Source: Mobula birostris
Lineage: Eukaryota
Assembly: GCF_030028105.1 (NCBI RefSeq)
Contig: NC_092395.1
Coordinates: forward strand, 43,180,459-43,244,458
DNA length: 64,000 bases
Reading direction: 5' to 3'
The notes beneath the pieces were generated by a model. That model saw nothing but the letters and a program-made list of their open reading frames with translations, ran no database searches and was not told the origin of the DNA. Shown here piece after piece: positions 33,690 through 46,517 of the stretch (the first letter of the stretch is position 1; each line of letters opens with the position of its first letter). The translations under genes and the position numbers were made by a program.

Positions 33690-36600
33690 TGTACAACTAC
33701 ATATCAAACAAATAAAGGCATACACTCAAAGGAGAAGTTAATGTATATATTCATCTTGCAGAAAGAGCCACAAATTAATGTGCATGCATAAGTTATCAGT
33801 CATAATTAGTGTTAAGGGAAGTCATTGCGCTAAAAGAAATAGATCCATACATTACACTTCCTCGCTATTTAGACTGAGACCGCACATGTAACAAAACATT
33901 CAATTTCCCTTGAACAGACCATATTCAAATAATCATATTTTCACAAAGCAGTCCCTAACTTAGTTCACTGTACTAAAGTTTCATTCTTTGGATGGTGCTC
34001 TGTTTTTTTCAGCATAGTGTCTTTGGACCTGTGGAGTGGCATCAAGTTTGGCCAATGCTTTGTCAACGACAACTTTCTCTGTTGCAGACATCACATTGCT
34101 GTTAGTGACATGATCATTACTGAGAGGTAAGTCTGGTGGACACAATATGTACGCCTTCTTGGATACAGTTGACTTAGGTGTGTCCTTTGGCTGAGCAGCC
34201 AGTGTCTGGTCCACATGATGTCTCCACGTATGATCTCCAAAATCCACTGTGTACATCATGGTTTGGTTCTTCTAACTGTCCTACTGGGTGTCCATTTGAC
34301 TTCTAGGTAATCACAGACTAGGGTCTCCTGTGCAGCCTTAAATGTCTTTGCTGATTTACTTGGCAATTGGTTGAACTGTTTATTCTGCACTTCCCTCCGG
34401 AGATATGGTCTCATGAGATCTAGGCAAGATCTCAGATTCCTGCTCATAAACAGCATTGCAGGTGTTTAATTTGTCATTGCATGAACAGAGTTCTGATACA
34501 CAAAAATGAAGTTATCCACTTTGTGCTGTAGAGAAGGGTCCTCCTTGTCCATAGTTTTAATGGACTGCTTGAAGGCTTGGGATAAACTTTTCAGTTAACC
34601 CATTCATTGTTCGTTGGTGAGGAGGTGACTTGAACATTTTGATGCCATTTTTCTTCCATGAATGTTGTGAACTCTTCTGGCATGTATTGTGGTCCATTGT
34701 CCTTCACAATTTGTTCTGGTAAGGTATTTCTGGATACGATAGAATTCTGGAGAATATAGAAGATAGAATTAAGAGTGTGAACAGTACTTTCTGATGTGTT
34801 TGACTTCATTGGTATCACTTCAGGTCACTTTGTGAGCATCCACAGCAATCAGAAACATGGAGTTCCTGAATGCCTCAGCAACATCACCATACACTCATTG
34901 TCATGGTGACGATGGTCACTCCTACGGGTGTCAAGGTGTCTGTGGTGTATTTTCAAATTTGTTGCATCCCAAAAAACTTCTGGTCAAATTTTCAATCTGT
35001 CTATCAATGCCCTGTGACCACATGTTCCGGGCGAGACTCTTCATTTTGACTGTATCCATGTGTCTTTCATGGAGGTTTTCAAACACTCTGGTGTGCTGTT
35101 TAGAGGGAACCACAACATGAGATCGACACATCAGGGTTCTTTAATGTACAGCCAGTTGGTCTCATGTGATTAAGAATTCTGGAAACAATGGAATTACCAT
35201 AACTTAGCTATATTTGCATGTTGATGTCATAGACTTTTCACAATGTTGGGCCATTCCTTGTTTCTCCATGCATTTCAGAATTTGTTAATGGCAGCTGGAC
35301 CATCAATTCTGTGTGGAACTCTGCTGCTGAGTCACAGAATAAAGACTTTTCTTCTTCAGAAGTCAACAGTGGAAAGTGTGACAAGCCGTCAGCGGGGCTG
35401 TGTTGTTTATTACCCTTGAACTCTATGTCATAAGAGTGTGCTCTTAAGAAAAGTGTCCGTGTTGCAACTGGGTAGCAGACATCACTGGGATTCCCTTTCT
35501 GGGATTGAAAGTGCACACAAGGGGTGGTGATCTGTCAGTAGAGTAAACTTTTGTCTGTAAATGTAGTGGTTCAATTTCTTTACACCTCATTCTAGACTAG
35601 GAGCTTTTCTGTTGACCTGTGCTCAGTCGCATTTTGCGATTCTAAGTGATCTTGAAGCAAATGCAAGTGGACATTCAAATTCATCTTGACCCTGATGGGC
35701 AGAGATGGATCTTAATGGGTGAGCAGTTCATCTAATGTTATTAGTTTCCTGTTTCCTTGAATGCTCTTTCACATCTTTCTGAATACTCCCACTTTGCTTC
35801 TGCCTGCAACAGTCCATTCAATGGGTGCAATGCCAAAGATGAGACGATTATACTGGGAAAGTTCCTTGTGAGTGTTGATTGTGGAAGAACTTACTGCTTG
35901 ATTCCTTGATCTCCATTTGCAGATAGGCTGGTGACAAGTCAGTCTCTGAAAAACTCACCCCACCTGCCAAAGCTGAAAAAGTGTCTTCTATTCGGTGCTG
36001 GGGATACTGCAGAGTATGCAGCACAGGGTAATTCCTCACTTTGTAGTCCCCACATGTGCAAACAATTCTGACCTTCCTTTTCTTGATCGCCAGGACAATG
36101 GGCATGGCACAATTGCTCCAGTCAACTTTGGAGAGAATGCCTGACACCTCGAAGCTCTGAACTTTAGGACATAGTGCGTAAGGCACTGGGCGTGCTTTAT
36201 GAAATCTTGGAGTTTCTGATTTATCCAACTCAATTCTGGCCTTCATGCCTTCGAGTTACCAATACCCTTCTCAAACACCTCATTGGTACTACCTGTTGGG
36301 CTGCAGTTCACTGTTGATGGCACATTGAAAGATTTGATTGAGTACCTGTATAGTTAGATTTTTCTGAACCATTCACATCCAAAAAGTGCTGGTCCTCCAA
36401 TTATTAATACATAAAGCTCAAACTACTGTGTTTGGCCTCCATACGACACCTTCATTTTCAGTTTACTTTCGGGAGACACTTTTTCAGTTGTGTAGCTCAT
36501 TAGCATCAGCAAAATCTTTTCTAATAGTAGGTTAGAAAGCAGTCTATTGCAGTCAGCCCCTGAAATTACAGACAATGCTGATCCTGCATCCAGCTCCATT

Positions 36601-39080
36601 TTTAGTTGAACACCAGAAACATCTGTTGTTATCCATATGATTTTGTGATCTGCTTCAGTAATGGTGTACTGTTCCAGGCATGACACCTCACCTTTGTCAG
36701 CCTCTGTGTTGTCTGATTCATAAGAACATAAGAAATAGGAGCAGGAGTAGGCTATCTGGCCCATCGAGCCTGCTCCACCATTCAATAAAATCAAAGCTGA
36801 CCTAACTGTGGACTTATCTCCACTTACATGCCATTTGCCCAAAGCCCTTAATTCCACAACTATGCAAAAGTCTATCCAACCTTATCTTAAATATATTTAC
36901 TGAGGTAGCCGACACTGCTTCATTGGGCAGAAAATGTCACAGGTACACCACTCTTTGGGAAAAGTGGTTCCTCCTCATTTCCATCTTTAATTTACTCCCC
37001 CAAATACTGTGGCTAGGTCCCGTAGCTCTCGTTTCACTTGCCAGTGGAAACAACTTTCTTGCCACTATCTTACCTATTCCTTTCATATTTTTATATTTTC
37101 CTATGAGATCTTCTCTTAACCTTCCGAATTCCAGTGAGTACGTCCCAGGTGACTCAATCTCTCCTCATAGTCTAATCCCCTCATCTATGGAATCAACCTG
37201 GTGAACCTCCTGTGCACCGCTTCCAAACCCAGTACATCCTTCCTCAAGTAAAGAGAACAGAACTGCATTCAGTACTCCATATGCAGCCTCATCAGTACCC
37301 GCTACAGTTGTAGCACAACCCCCGTGCTCTTAATTTCAATCCCTCTAACAATGATGGCCATCATTCCATTTGCCTTCCTGATGGCTTGCTGCACCTGCAA
37401 ACCAATCTTTTGTGATTCATGCACAAGCTCTCCCAAGTCCCTCTGCACAGCAGCATGCTGTAATCTGATACCATATAATTAATAATTTGTTCTCCCATTT
37501 TTCCTTACATAGAAGATGGCATCACAGTTTCCAACATTGTACTCCATCTACCAGATCCTTGCTGCTCACTTAACTTCTTTGTATCTCTCTGCAGGCTCTC
37601 CATATCCTCTGCAGAATTTGCTTTTCTACTCCATTTAGCGTCATCAGCAAACTTAGATACACTACACTCGGTCCCCTCTTCCAGACCATTAATGTATATC
37701 GTGAGCATTTGTGGGCCCAGCACCAACCCATGCGACACAGCACTCATCACTGATTGCCAACCAGAGAAACATCCATGTATCGCAAATCTCTGCTTTCTAT
37801 CCTCTATCCATGCCAATACATCACCCCCATCTCTATGCATCCTTACCTTATGGATAAGTCTTTTATGTGGCACCTTATCGAATGCCTTCTGAAAATCCAA
37901 GTAATACCATCTTACTATTTCCCCCTATCCACTGCGCTTCTTATATCCTCAAAGAACTCCAGTAGGTTTGTCAAACAGGACCTGCCTTTGCTGAATCCAT
38001 GCTGTGCCCTGCATGATAGACAGTCATAGTCATACTTTATTGATCCCGGGGGAAATTGGTTAATTTGGTTATTGATCCATTTCTTTCCAGATGCCTCGCT
38101 ATTGCTTCTTCAATGATAGCTTCAAGCATTCTCCCAACTAACAGATGTTAAACCAACTGCCCTATACTTACCTGACTTTTGCCTGTATCCTTTTTTGAAC
38201 AGTGGCATGACATTCACCTTCTTCCAATCTGTCAGGACCTGCCTAGAGTCCAGTTTCAGATCCAGTCACTTGATGTATTTGTTTGGTTTTGAGTTTGAAA
38301 CTTCTCCCTCTGTGTGGTTTATCTCTTTGATTGTGCTTTTTGTCTTACATGAACACTATGTGGCCTTGTCTGTGACAGTTCCTGCATTTTTTTTTTCTTT
38401 GAAACAACAGTCATTTGCATTATGGGAGGATTTGCCACATCAATAACATTTTTGGCTTTTTGCATCATTCTGGGAAATTTTGTCCATTTCACATTCTAAT
38501 TTTTTTTTTCTGTAGTTTTGACATGTCCTTTGCTGCAGTCTCTAATGATATTACAATGGTCAATGCCCACTGTAAGGTAAGGTCTCTTTCGAACAGTAGC
38601 CTCTTTTGAGTACTTTGACTATGTATGCTATTTTCAAGCCTGTCCCATAAACCATCCAAAAGTCCATGTGTAAAGTTACAGTATTGAAAAAGTTTGTGCA
38701 GATCTGTAATATATTCAGAAATGCTTTCAACCTTTGACTGATTGCTTTATGAAATTCAAGTCTCCCAGCTATTATTAATGGTTTTAGCCTGAAGTGATTT
38801 GGCGAAATTTCAGCAATTTTGTTGAATGCCTTACTGGCTGGCTTTTCAGGAGTTACTAAGTTGTGTAGGAGACTGTACATTGTAGCACTCATTAAGCTAA
38901 GAAGTGTGGAGACTTTCTCTACCTCATACACATCGTTAGCATTACAGCACAGTCCAATGCTCTCGTTATATGATTTCCAGTCCTTATGAGCACTATAAAA
39001 TTAGTCAACTTTCCACATTCAGGCCATTGTCATGTTATTTTTATGTTAGCTCTGCTGGTTGTGTGTCTCTCATTGTGTAC
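33690..39080 (-). mobile_element. Decayed Mag-like Gypsy LTR retrotransposon
   Basis: Short 3' LTR at 33690-33856 and PPT at 33857-33865. Integrase (DNGPQY, LHERHM..VKMKSLARN) about 33980-35130, RH and RT about 35200-36250, protease (MELDAGSALSVIS) about 36420-36700, gag about 38250-39060. Confidence 0.85.
36718..38245 (-). mobile_element. CR1 LINE inserted in the Mag-like element (junction shared with 50820)
   Basis: ORF 37505-37900 contains MDFQKAFDKVPH...KFADDAK, with a taagaacataag tail. Confidence 0.9.
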
Positions 39081-39109
39081 TCTGCACATGCCCTTTTCTA
39101 GCATCTGTT

Positions 39110-41160
39110 AACACCTTCATTTTGGAATCATCCTCGTGAACCTGCTCTGGATTGTCTCCAATGACATAACATTCTTTCTGAGATATGGGTCCCCAAACTG
39201 TTGACAATACTCCAAGTGTGGCCTGACATGTGTGTTATAAAGACTCAGCATTATCTCTTACTTTTTATATTTTCTTCCCCTTGAGATGAATGCCAATATT
39301 GCATATGCCTTCTTTACTACAGTATCAACCTGTAAATTAACCTTCTGGTAGTCTTGCATGTGGACTCCTAAGTCCCTCTGTACCTCTGATGTTTGAATTT
39401 TCTCCCCATTTAGATAATATTCTGCACTTCTGTCCCTTTTACCAAAATGCATTAGCATACTTTTCCCAACACTGCCTTCTATCTGTTACTTTTTTTGCCC
39501 ATTGCGACTTGGTGCATTCGCATTGATTCCTCTTTTGGTAAAGGCAATATTTCCCTTTACAAAAACCATACGACTTTAACTTATTTCAGTATTAGTCTCC
39601 AAGTACGCCAAAACTCATCCTTAACAATGGACTCCAACATTTTCCCAACTACTGAGGTTAGGTAACATACGCAAAATGCCAGAGGAACTCAGCAGGCCAG
39701 GCAGCATCTATAGAAAAGAGTATAGTTGACGTTTCGGGCCGAGATCCTTCATCAGGACTGGGGAAAACAAGATGAGGAGTCAGTGAGGAAGGTGGGGGGA
39801 GGGGAGGAAGAAGCACAAGATGAGGTGAAATCAGGGGGTTGGTAAGGTGGGGGGGTGAAGTAAAGAGCTGGAAATTTGATTGGTGAAAGATACAGGGCTG
39901 TAGAAAGGGGAATCTATTAGGAAAGGACAGAAGGCCATGGAGGAAAGAAAAGGGGGAGGAGCACCAGAGGAAGGTGATGGGCAGGTAAGGAGATAAGGTG
40001 AGAGAGGGAAATGGGAATGGGGTCTGGTGAAGGAGAGCAGGGGGAGGGGCATTACCGGAAGTTCAAGAAACTGATGTTCATGCTATCAGGTTGGAGGCTA
40101 CCCAGGCAGAATAGAAGGTGTTGCAGCTTCAGCCTGAGTGTGGTCTTGTTGCAACAGTAGAGGAGGCCACGGACTGACGTGCTGGAATGGGAATGGGAAA
40201 TGTAATTTCAATGGGTGGCCACTGGGAGATCCTATAATTTCCTTTCTTTGCCTTCGTCCCTTCTTAAAGTGTGGAGTGACATTTGCAATTTTCCAGTCCT
40301 CTGGAACCATGCCAGAATCAAGTGATTCTTGAAAGTTCATAACCAATTCATCTCCTATCTCTTCAGCAATCTCTTTCAGGATTCTGGGATGTAGTCCATC
40401 TGGTCCAGGTGACTTATCCACCTTAATACCTTTCAATTTGCCTCACACTTTTTCCTTTGCTCCCTGACACTCATGGACCTTTGGCACACTGTCAGTGTCT
40501 TGCACAATGAAGACTGATGCAATGTACTGAATAATTTGATCTGCCACTTCTTTGTCCGCCATTATTACCTCATAATTTTCCAGTGATCCAATATCAACTC
40601 ACACCTCCCTTTTAGTCTTTATATAATGGAAAAACTTTTAGGGTCCTGCTTTATAATATTGGTTAATTGCTTTCATATATCATCTTTTCCCTTCTTACGG
40701 GTCGTTGTTGCCTTTTGTTGGATTTTAAAAACTTCCCACTCATTTTTGCTCCATTATGTTCCCTTTCCTTGGCTTTTATGCTGTCCTTAACATCCTTTGT
40801 CAGCCAGCCATCTGTGGGACACATCTATCCTGTGCCTTGTGAACTATTCCCAGAAACTGCAGCCACCTCTGCTCTGCTGTCAGCCCTGCCAGTATCCTCC
40901 CTTGCCTTAAGCTGCCTACTAAATCTGGATTATTGCACAACACCCCATGTAAGTTAGCCTTTCCCTGAGTGGGCTTAAGTAGAAGCTGCTCGAAAAAACC
41001 TTCTCATAAGCATTCAACAAATTCCCTCTAGAGCTGCACATTAATATGATTTTCCCCATCCCCTTGCTTATTGAAGTCCTTCATTACAATTGTGACATTA
41101 CCCAAATTACATACCCTTTCCAGCTCCCTTTGTACTCTCAACCCCACATCTTCGCTACTT
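39110..41160 (-). mobile_element. CR1 fragments interrupted by a Penelope-like fragment (about 39665-40210)
   Basis: ORFs 39258-39458 and 40098-40436 are CR1-like. The central part matches the Penelope arms at 60105-61348. Confidence 0.8.
39723..39760 (-). ncRNA. Minimal hammerhead ribozyme motif (weakened stem I)
   Basis: CAGTC-CTGATGA-AGGATCTCGGCCC-GAAAC-GTC-AACTA. Confidence 0.6.
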
Positions 41161-41524
41161 TTTGGAGGCCTATATATCATTCCTATAATGTTTTGTTTTT
41201 AGCCCTGCAGTTTCTGAGCATTAAGTTGGAGGACAGGAGCCTGGAGACACACACTCAATTTTGAAAGCTTCTTCCCATCCGCCATCAGATTTCTGAATGG
41301 ACAACGAACCAACGACAATTTGGTCAGCATTTTTCTTTCCTTTATTTTTGCAGTACTTATTTATTTTTTTTTTATGTAGCCACCTTATTACAATTTACAG
41401 CTTTTCAGGCTTGTACTGCTGCAACAAAACAACAAATTTCTCGACATATGCCGGTGAAATTAAAGCTAATTCTGATTCTGTCTGCATTAACAGGTTTATT
41501 GTAAATTGTCCATGATGGACAGGG

Positions 41525-41526
<2 letters not shown>

Positions 41527-41564
<38 letters not shown>
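41527..41564. repeat. (GT)n microsatellite
   Basis: Direct reading of the sequence. Confidence 0.97.
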
Positions 41565-41567
<3 letters not shown>

Positions 41568-42079
41568 ATGAACCCTTTGGACCAGTGAGGGGGGGCTGTT
41601 AGCAGAGCTTGATTAACTTCACATGGCATCAGCCTGCCAAGGACAGGCAGTTGGACGGCATGATCAGCTTCTTCAGGAATTACCAGCATTATTGCAGAAA
41701 GACCCTGGTTTTGCACAGTCACCAACGTGTCCTGCTACGTGTTCCCAGAACTAGCGTGGAGAGTCAATTAATCAGTCGGCCCTGGAGTGTAACACTGGGG
41801 CCCCTGAGTCTTGCCACGGATTCTGAAGTCACTGCTCCTTCATCTTTGAATTAAAACCCACAATTTTCTCGTCAGACAGGAGTAAGGAGGCCTATATAAT
41901 TTCCCTTCTCTGGGGCAGAGCCCTTTCATGGGCAACAGCTTTATGGGAGAAAGACGCTCCTCTGTATTCCGATATAAAGTTATTTCTAAGAATGATGAGA
42001 AGAATATTTTGTCATTCTTGCAGAGGCCCAGAGGCAGCCAACAGACTCCTCCAGCTGCATCAGGAAGTGCGATCCATGA

Positions 42080-42540
42080 CTCACTGTTCCACTGATTCCC
42101 GTACCCTTGTGGCCGAGTGCAGGTGGGATGAAAACGATTTGTTTGCTCTGTTTGGTGGGGTGGGGTGGGGTGGGGGGGAGAATTAAAGGACCGATTTAAA
42201 GACGTTCTTTCAACCAGGGACCAGGTAGGTGATTTGGATGAATTTTTGGACATGTCCACAAGAATTGACAGTCATAAATCCAATTTCCCTCAGAAGTACG
42301 GTTCTCAGAACTATCCATGCACAATCTGATGTGCATGCACTATCCTTGCTCAATCTGATAACCAATGCAAATCCCGCAGTCATCTCCGGAACAACCTATG
42401 CAACCTGGAAGAACCCTGGTCTCTCCAGCAGCGTGAGAGGGACGTATGCGGTAGAGGTGTTGCTTACTCTATGGTAATGCTGGTGATTTCTGAGTGACTT
42501 GTCCCAAGTTGTTGGGAAAACATGCAGGACCCTCCAATGA
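42080..42540 (+). mobile_element. Sushi-type gag remnant
   Basis: AECRWDENDLFALF...DLDEFLDMSTRID...MQ plus a decayed zinc knuckle, comparable to 58980-59360. Confidence 0.6.
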
Positions 42541-42854
42541 GTGGGAGAACTGTGACTATCTCAAGTTTCTCTCCCGTTTGGTCACGTCAGAAGCATCAAC
42601 ATGCACCTTCTGCTGCCAAAGGTGCTGTTTGACCTGCTGTGTTCTTCCAGTATTGCCTTTTTTGCACCCTTGAGTAACAATGTATTTTGTGTTCTCAGTG
42701 ACAACTGGAAAAAATAACATCGTTTTCATAAATCTGTTGTTTGTATATCCCCTATTAAATTCCCCTTGTTGCCTTTCAGGGGCTTAAGCCCTTTGTTCAG
42801 ATCCACTGACTTAGAGTTTCCAGTTAACTTTATGCTGATCAACTGCTTACATAG

Positions 42855-45600
42855 GAACATAGAAAGCCTGCAGCACAATACATGTCCTTCGACACACAAA
42901 GTTGTGCCGAACGTGTCCCTACCTTAGAAATTACTGGGATTACCTATAAGCGCTCTATTTTTCTAAGCTCCATGTAACTATCCAAAAGTCTCTTAAAAGA
43001 TCCTATCGTATCTGCCTCCACCACCATTGCCGGCAGCCCATCCCACGCATGCACCACTCTCTGCGTAAAAAAAGCTTTCCCCTGACATCTCCTCTGTACC
43101 TACACCCAAGCACCTTAAACCTGTGCCCCCTTGTGGCAGCCTTTTCAGCCCTGCGATAAAGCCTCTGACTATCCAGATGATCAATGTGCCTCATCACCTT
43201 ACTTTGCTTTACTTTACTTTATACTTTATTGTCACCAAACAATTGGTCCTAGAACGTACAATCATCACAGAGATATTTGATTCTGTGCTTCACACTCCCT
43301 GGATTACAAATATTAAATATTAAAGATATTAAAAATATTTAAAATGTGTAAATATTAAAATTTTAAATTATGAATCATAAATAGAAAATTAAAAAATGGG
43401 AAGTAAGGTAGTGCAAAAAAACCCCAAGAGACAGGTCCGGATATTTGGAGGGTACGGCCCAGATCCGGGTCAGGATCCATTCAGCAGTCTTATCACAGTT
43501 TTAAAAGAAGTTGTTCCCATATCTGGCCATACAAGTCTTCAAGCTCCTGAACCTTCTCTTGGAGGGAAGAGGGATGAAAAGAATATTGGCTGGGTGGGTT
43601 GTGTCCTTGATTATCCTGGCAGCACTGCTATGACAGCGTGCGGTGTAAGGTGAGTCCGCGGACGGAAGATTGGTTTGTGTGATGTGCTGCGCCATGTTCA
43701 TGATCTTCTGCACTTCTTTCGGTCTTTGACAAGACAACTTCCATACCAGGTTGTGATGCACCCTAGAAGAATGCTTTCTATGGTGCATTTATAAAAAATA
43801 GTGAGTGTTTTAGGGGACAGGCGAGATTTCTTTAGTTTTCTCAGGAAGTAAAGGCGCTGGTGGGCCTTCTTGGCAGTGAACTCTGCTTGGTTGGACCAAG
43901 TCAGGTCATTTGTGATATTGACTCCGAGGAACTTGAAGCTTTTGACCTGTTCCACTTGGGCACCATCGATGTAACTTGGGTCCTGCGGTCTGCTAATCTT
44001 TCTGAAGTCAACAACCAATTCCTTCGTCTTGCTGACATTGAGGGATAGGTTATTGTCTTCGCACCATGCCACCAGGTTCTTAACTTCCTCTCTGTACTCA
44101 AACTCATCACTACCCAAGATACGGCCTACAATTGTTTTGTCATCAGCAAACTTATATATTGAGTTTGATGGAAACTTGGCTACACAATCATGGATGTACA
44201 GTGAGTACAGCAGGGGGCTGAGTACACAGCCTTGTGGGGCACTGGTGCTCAGAGTGATTGTAGAGGAGAGCTTATCCCTATTTTTACAGCCTGGGTCCTG
44301 TCTGTGAGGAAGTTGAAGATCCAGCCGCAGAACTCTATGCTAAAGCCCAGGTTCCGGAGCTTAGGAATCAGTTTATTTGGAATGATGGTATTAAAGGCAG
44401 AGCTGTAGTCAATGAAAAGGAGCGTTATGTATGCATCTTTATTCTCCAGGTGTTCTAAGGAAGAATGTAGGGCCGTTGACCTGTTGCTCCGGTTGGTGAA
44501 TTGCAAAGCGTCGAGGTTGACCGGTAGGCTGTGGTTGATGTGTGCCATAACCAATCGCTCGAAGCACTTCATAGCAATTGATGTCAGAGCCACAGGTCGA
44601 TAGTCATTCAGGCATGCCACCTTGCTCTTCTTCGGCACTGGGATTATTGTTGCCTTCTTAAAACACGAGGGGATCTTAGACTGAAGCAAGGAGCAGTTGA
44701 AAATGTCAGCAAACACTCCAGCTAGCTCGCTTGCACAGGCCCGGAGAACCCATCCCAGGATGCCATCTGGGCCCGTCGCCTTCCCTGGATTTATCTTCAG
44801 GAAGGCCCTTCTAATGTCCTCCTCGGTGACGATGAATCTCGATGCCACCAGGTCTGGTTCATCCGTAGGGAGCGGGATGCTCCTCTTCTGCTCGAATCTT
44901 GCATAGAATACGTTAAATTCGTCAGGAAGAGAAGTGCCTCAGTTATTCATATTCGCAGCCTTTTCTTTGCACCCAGTGATCTCATTTAGACCCTGCCATA
45001 GTATACTGGCATCCCTTTGGTGAGCTTGGGCTTCCAACTTGGCTCGATATTGCCTCTTGGCACCCTTAATGGCTTTCCGGAGTTCACGCCTGGATTCCGT
45101 GTAGCGACTGGTATCCCCGGACCTGAAAGCCGCAGCTCTATCCTTTAAAAGGAACTTGACCTCATAATTCATCCAAGGTTTCCGGTTAGGGAATACCTGG
45201 ATCGTCTTGCGAGACACACAGTCCTCCGTTAATTATACTTTATTTTCACCAAACAATTGATACTAGAGCATACAATCATCACAGCGATATTTGATTCTGC
45301 TCTTCATGCTCCCTGGAGTACAAATTGATAGTAAATATTAAAAATTTAAAATATAAATCATAAATAGAAAATAGAAAAGGGTAAGTAAGGTAGTGCAAAA
45401 AAAACAAAAGGCAGTTCCGGATATTTGGAGGGTATGGCCCAGATCCGGGTCAGGATCCGTTATACAACTCTATCAGGTCACCTCTCATCCTCCGTCGCCC
45501 CAAGGAGAGAAGGCCGAATTCACTCACTCTGTTTTCATAAGGCATGCTCCCCAATCCGGGCAACATCCTTGCAAATCTCCTCTGCACCCTTTCTATGGTT
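42855..45600 (-). mobile_element. CR1 3' fragment split by a Rex1/Babar insertion
   Basis: The CR1 sequence gcctcatcacct|tatacaactctatcagg is continuous across the insertion. Confidence 0.8.
43200..45465 (-). mobile_element. 5'-truncated Rex1/Babar LINE plus a second Rex1 3'-end copy (about 45230-45465)
   Basis: DYRPVALTSIAMKCFERLV, FIDYSSAFNTI and KTKELVVDFRK are Rex1-type RT motifs. The AT-rich 3' UTR occurs twice. Confidence 0.9.
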
Positions 45601-45689
45601 TCCTTTCTGGAGTGGTTTTACCATCTTTAAATATCTTGGGGAAACACCACATTCTGTGAGAGCCTTGGTTGCATCTGGATCGGCGGGAA

Positions 45690-46320
45690 TTTTTTTGGAT
45701 GTAGGACTGGCAAAAAAAATCCCAATCCTGAGGCACGGCTCGACCAGCCGATATCTACTATGGCCGTGGGTAGTTGCTTTGGAAGCGGGATAAATCCTTT
45801 ATCTTCCATCGCTCTCAAGTTGACTATTGGAAATCATGAAAAGATGATTAATTTCTATTGTATTCATTCTCCAGACATTCCCCTAATCCTTGGTTATCTG
45901 TGGTTACACCATCATGATCCTTGAAGTTACTGGGTTTTCTGGCACCATTCAGGGTTGGTTGAGCTTAAGCCAGGACAGGTGCCTTGCTGGAGGGACCGAG
46001 ACACCTTCCCAAGATTCTGATACGCCGACTCAAGTTTCCAAGATGCCTGCCCAAGTTAATGAGCGACCTGTTGTGAATCATGTCAAGTCGTCAATCGAGT
46101 CACTCCCTGTCTCCTCAAGACTAGATGTGAACTCAATGCAGTTTTCTGGAATGCCTTTAGAGTGTTCAGATTTGTTGCAGGTGTTCAAGAAGAACAGAGC
46201 AACAAAGATTCACCACAAAGCGACTCTGATTGCACCATCAGTTTACCATCTTGTTTGTATCCTTCCTTGAGAAGGCTCTATGCCTTGTCCACTCATGAGA
46301 GGCAAACTGAGGAGGAATAT
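45690..46320 (+). mobile_element. Sushi-type Gypsy protease/RT N-terminal fragment
   Basis: PLILGYLWLH..., RLYALSTHER motifs. An inverted homolog lies at 56745-57345. Confidence 0.75.
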
Positions 46321-46517
46321 GCTGGTAGTTATGGAGTTACTGCCTTGTGGTTGGTGGCACTGTCTTCCCTCTCTATGTCTGTGAGATAACTATTTGAAGG
46401 ATGATTTCAACTTGTATCTTTTCATGGAAGTGATGTAAAAAGTTGAGTTTTGTTGTGTCGGAACCTTGATGTAATTGAAGTATGAAAAACATTGGTTGAA
46501 GAAAGGATTAAAAAGAT

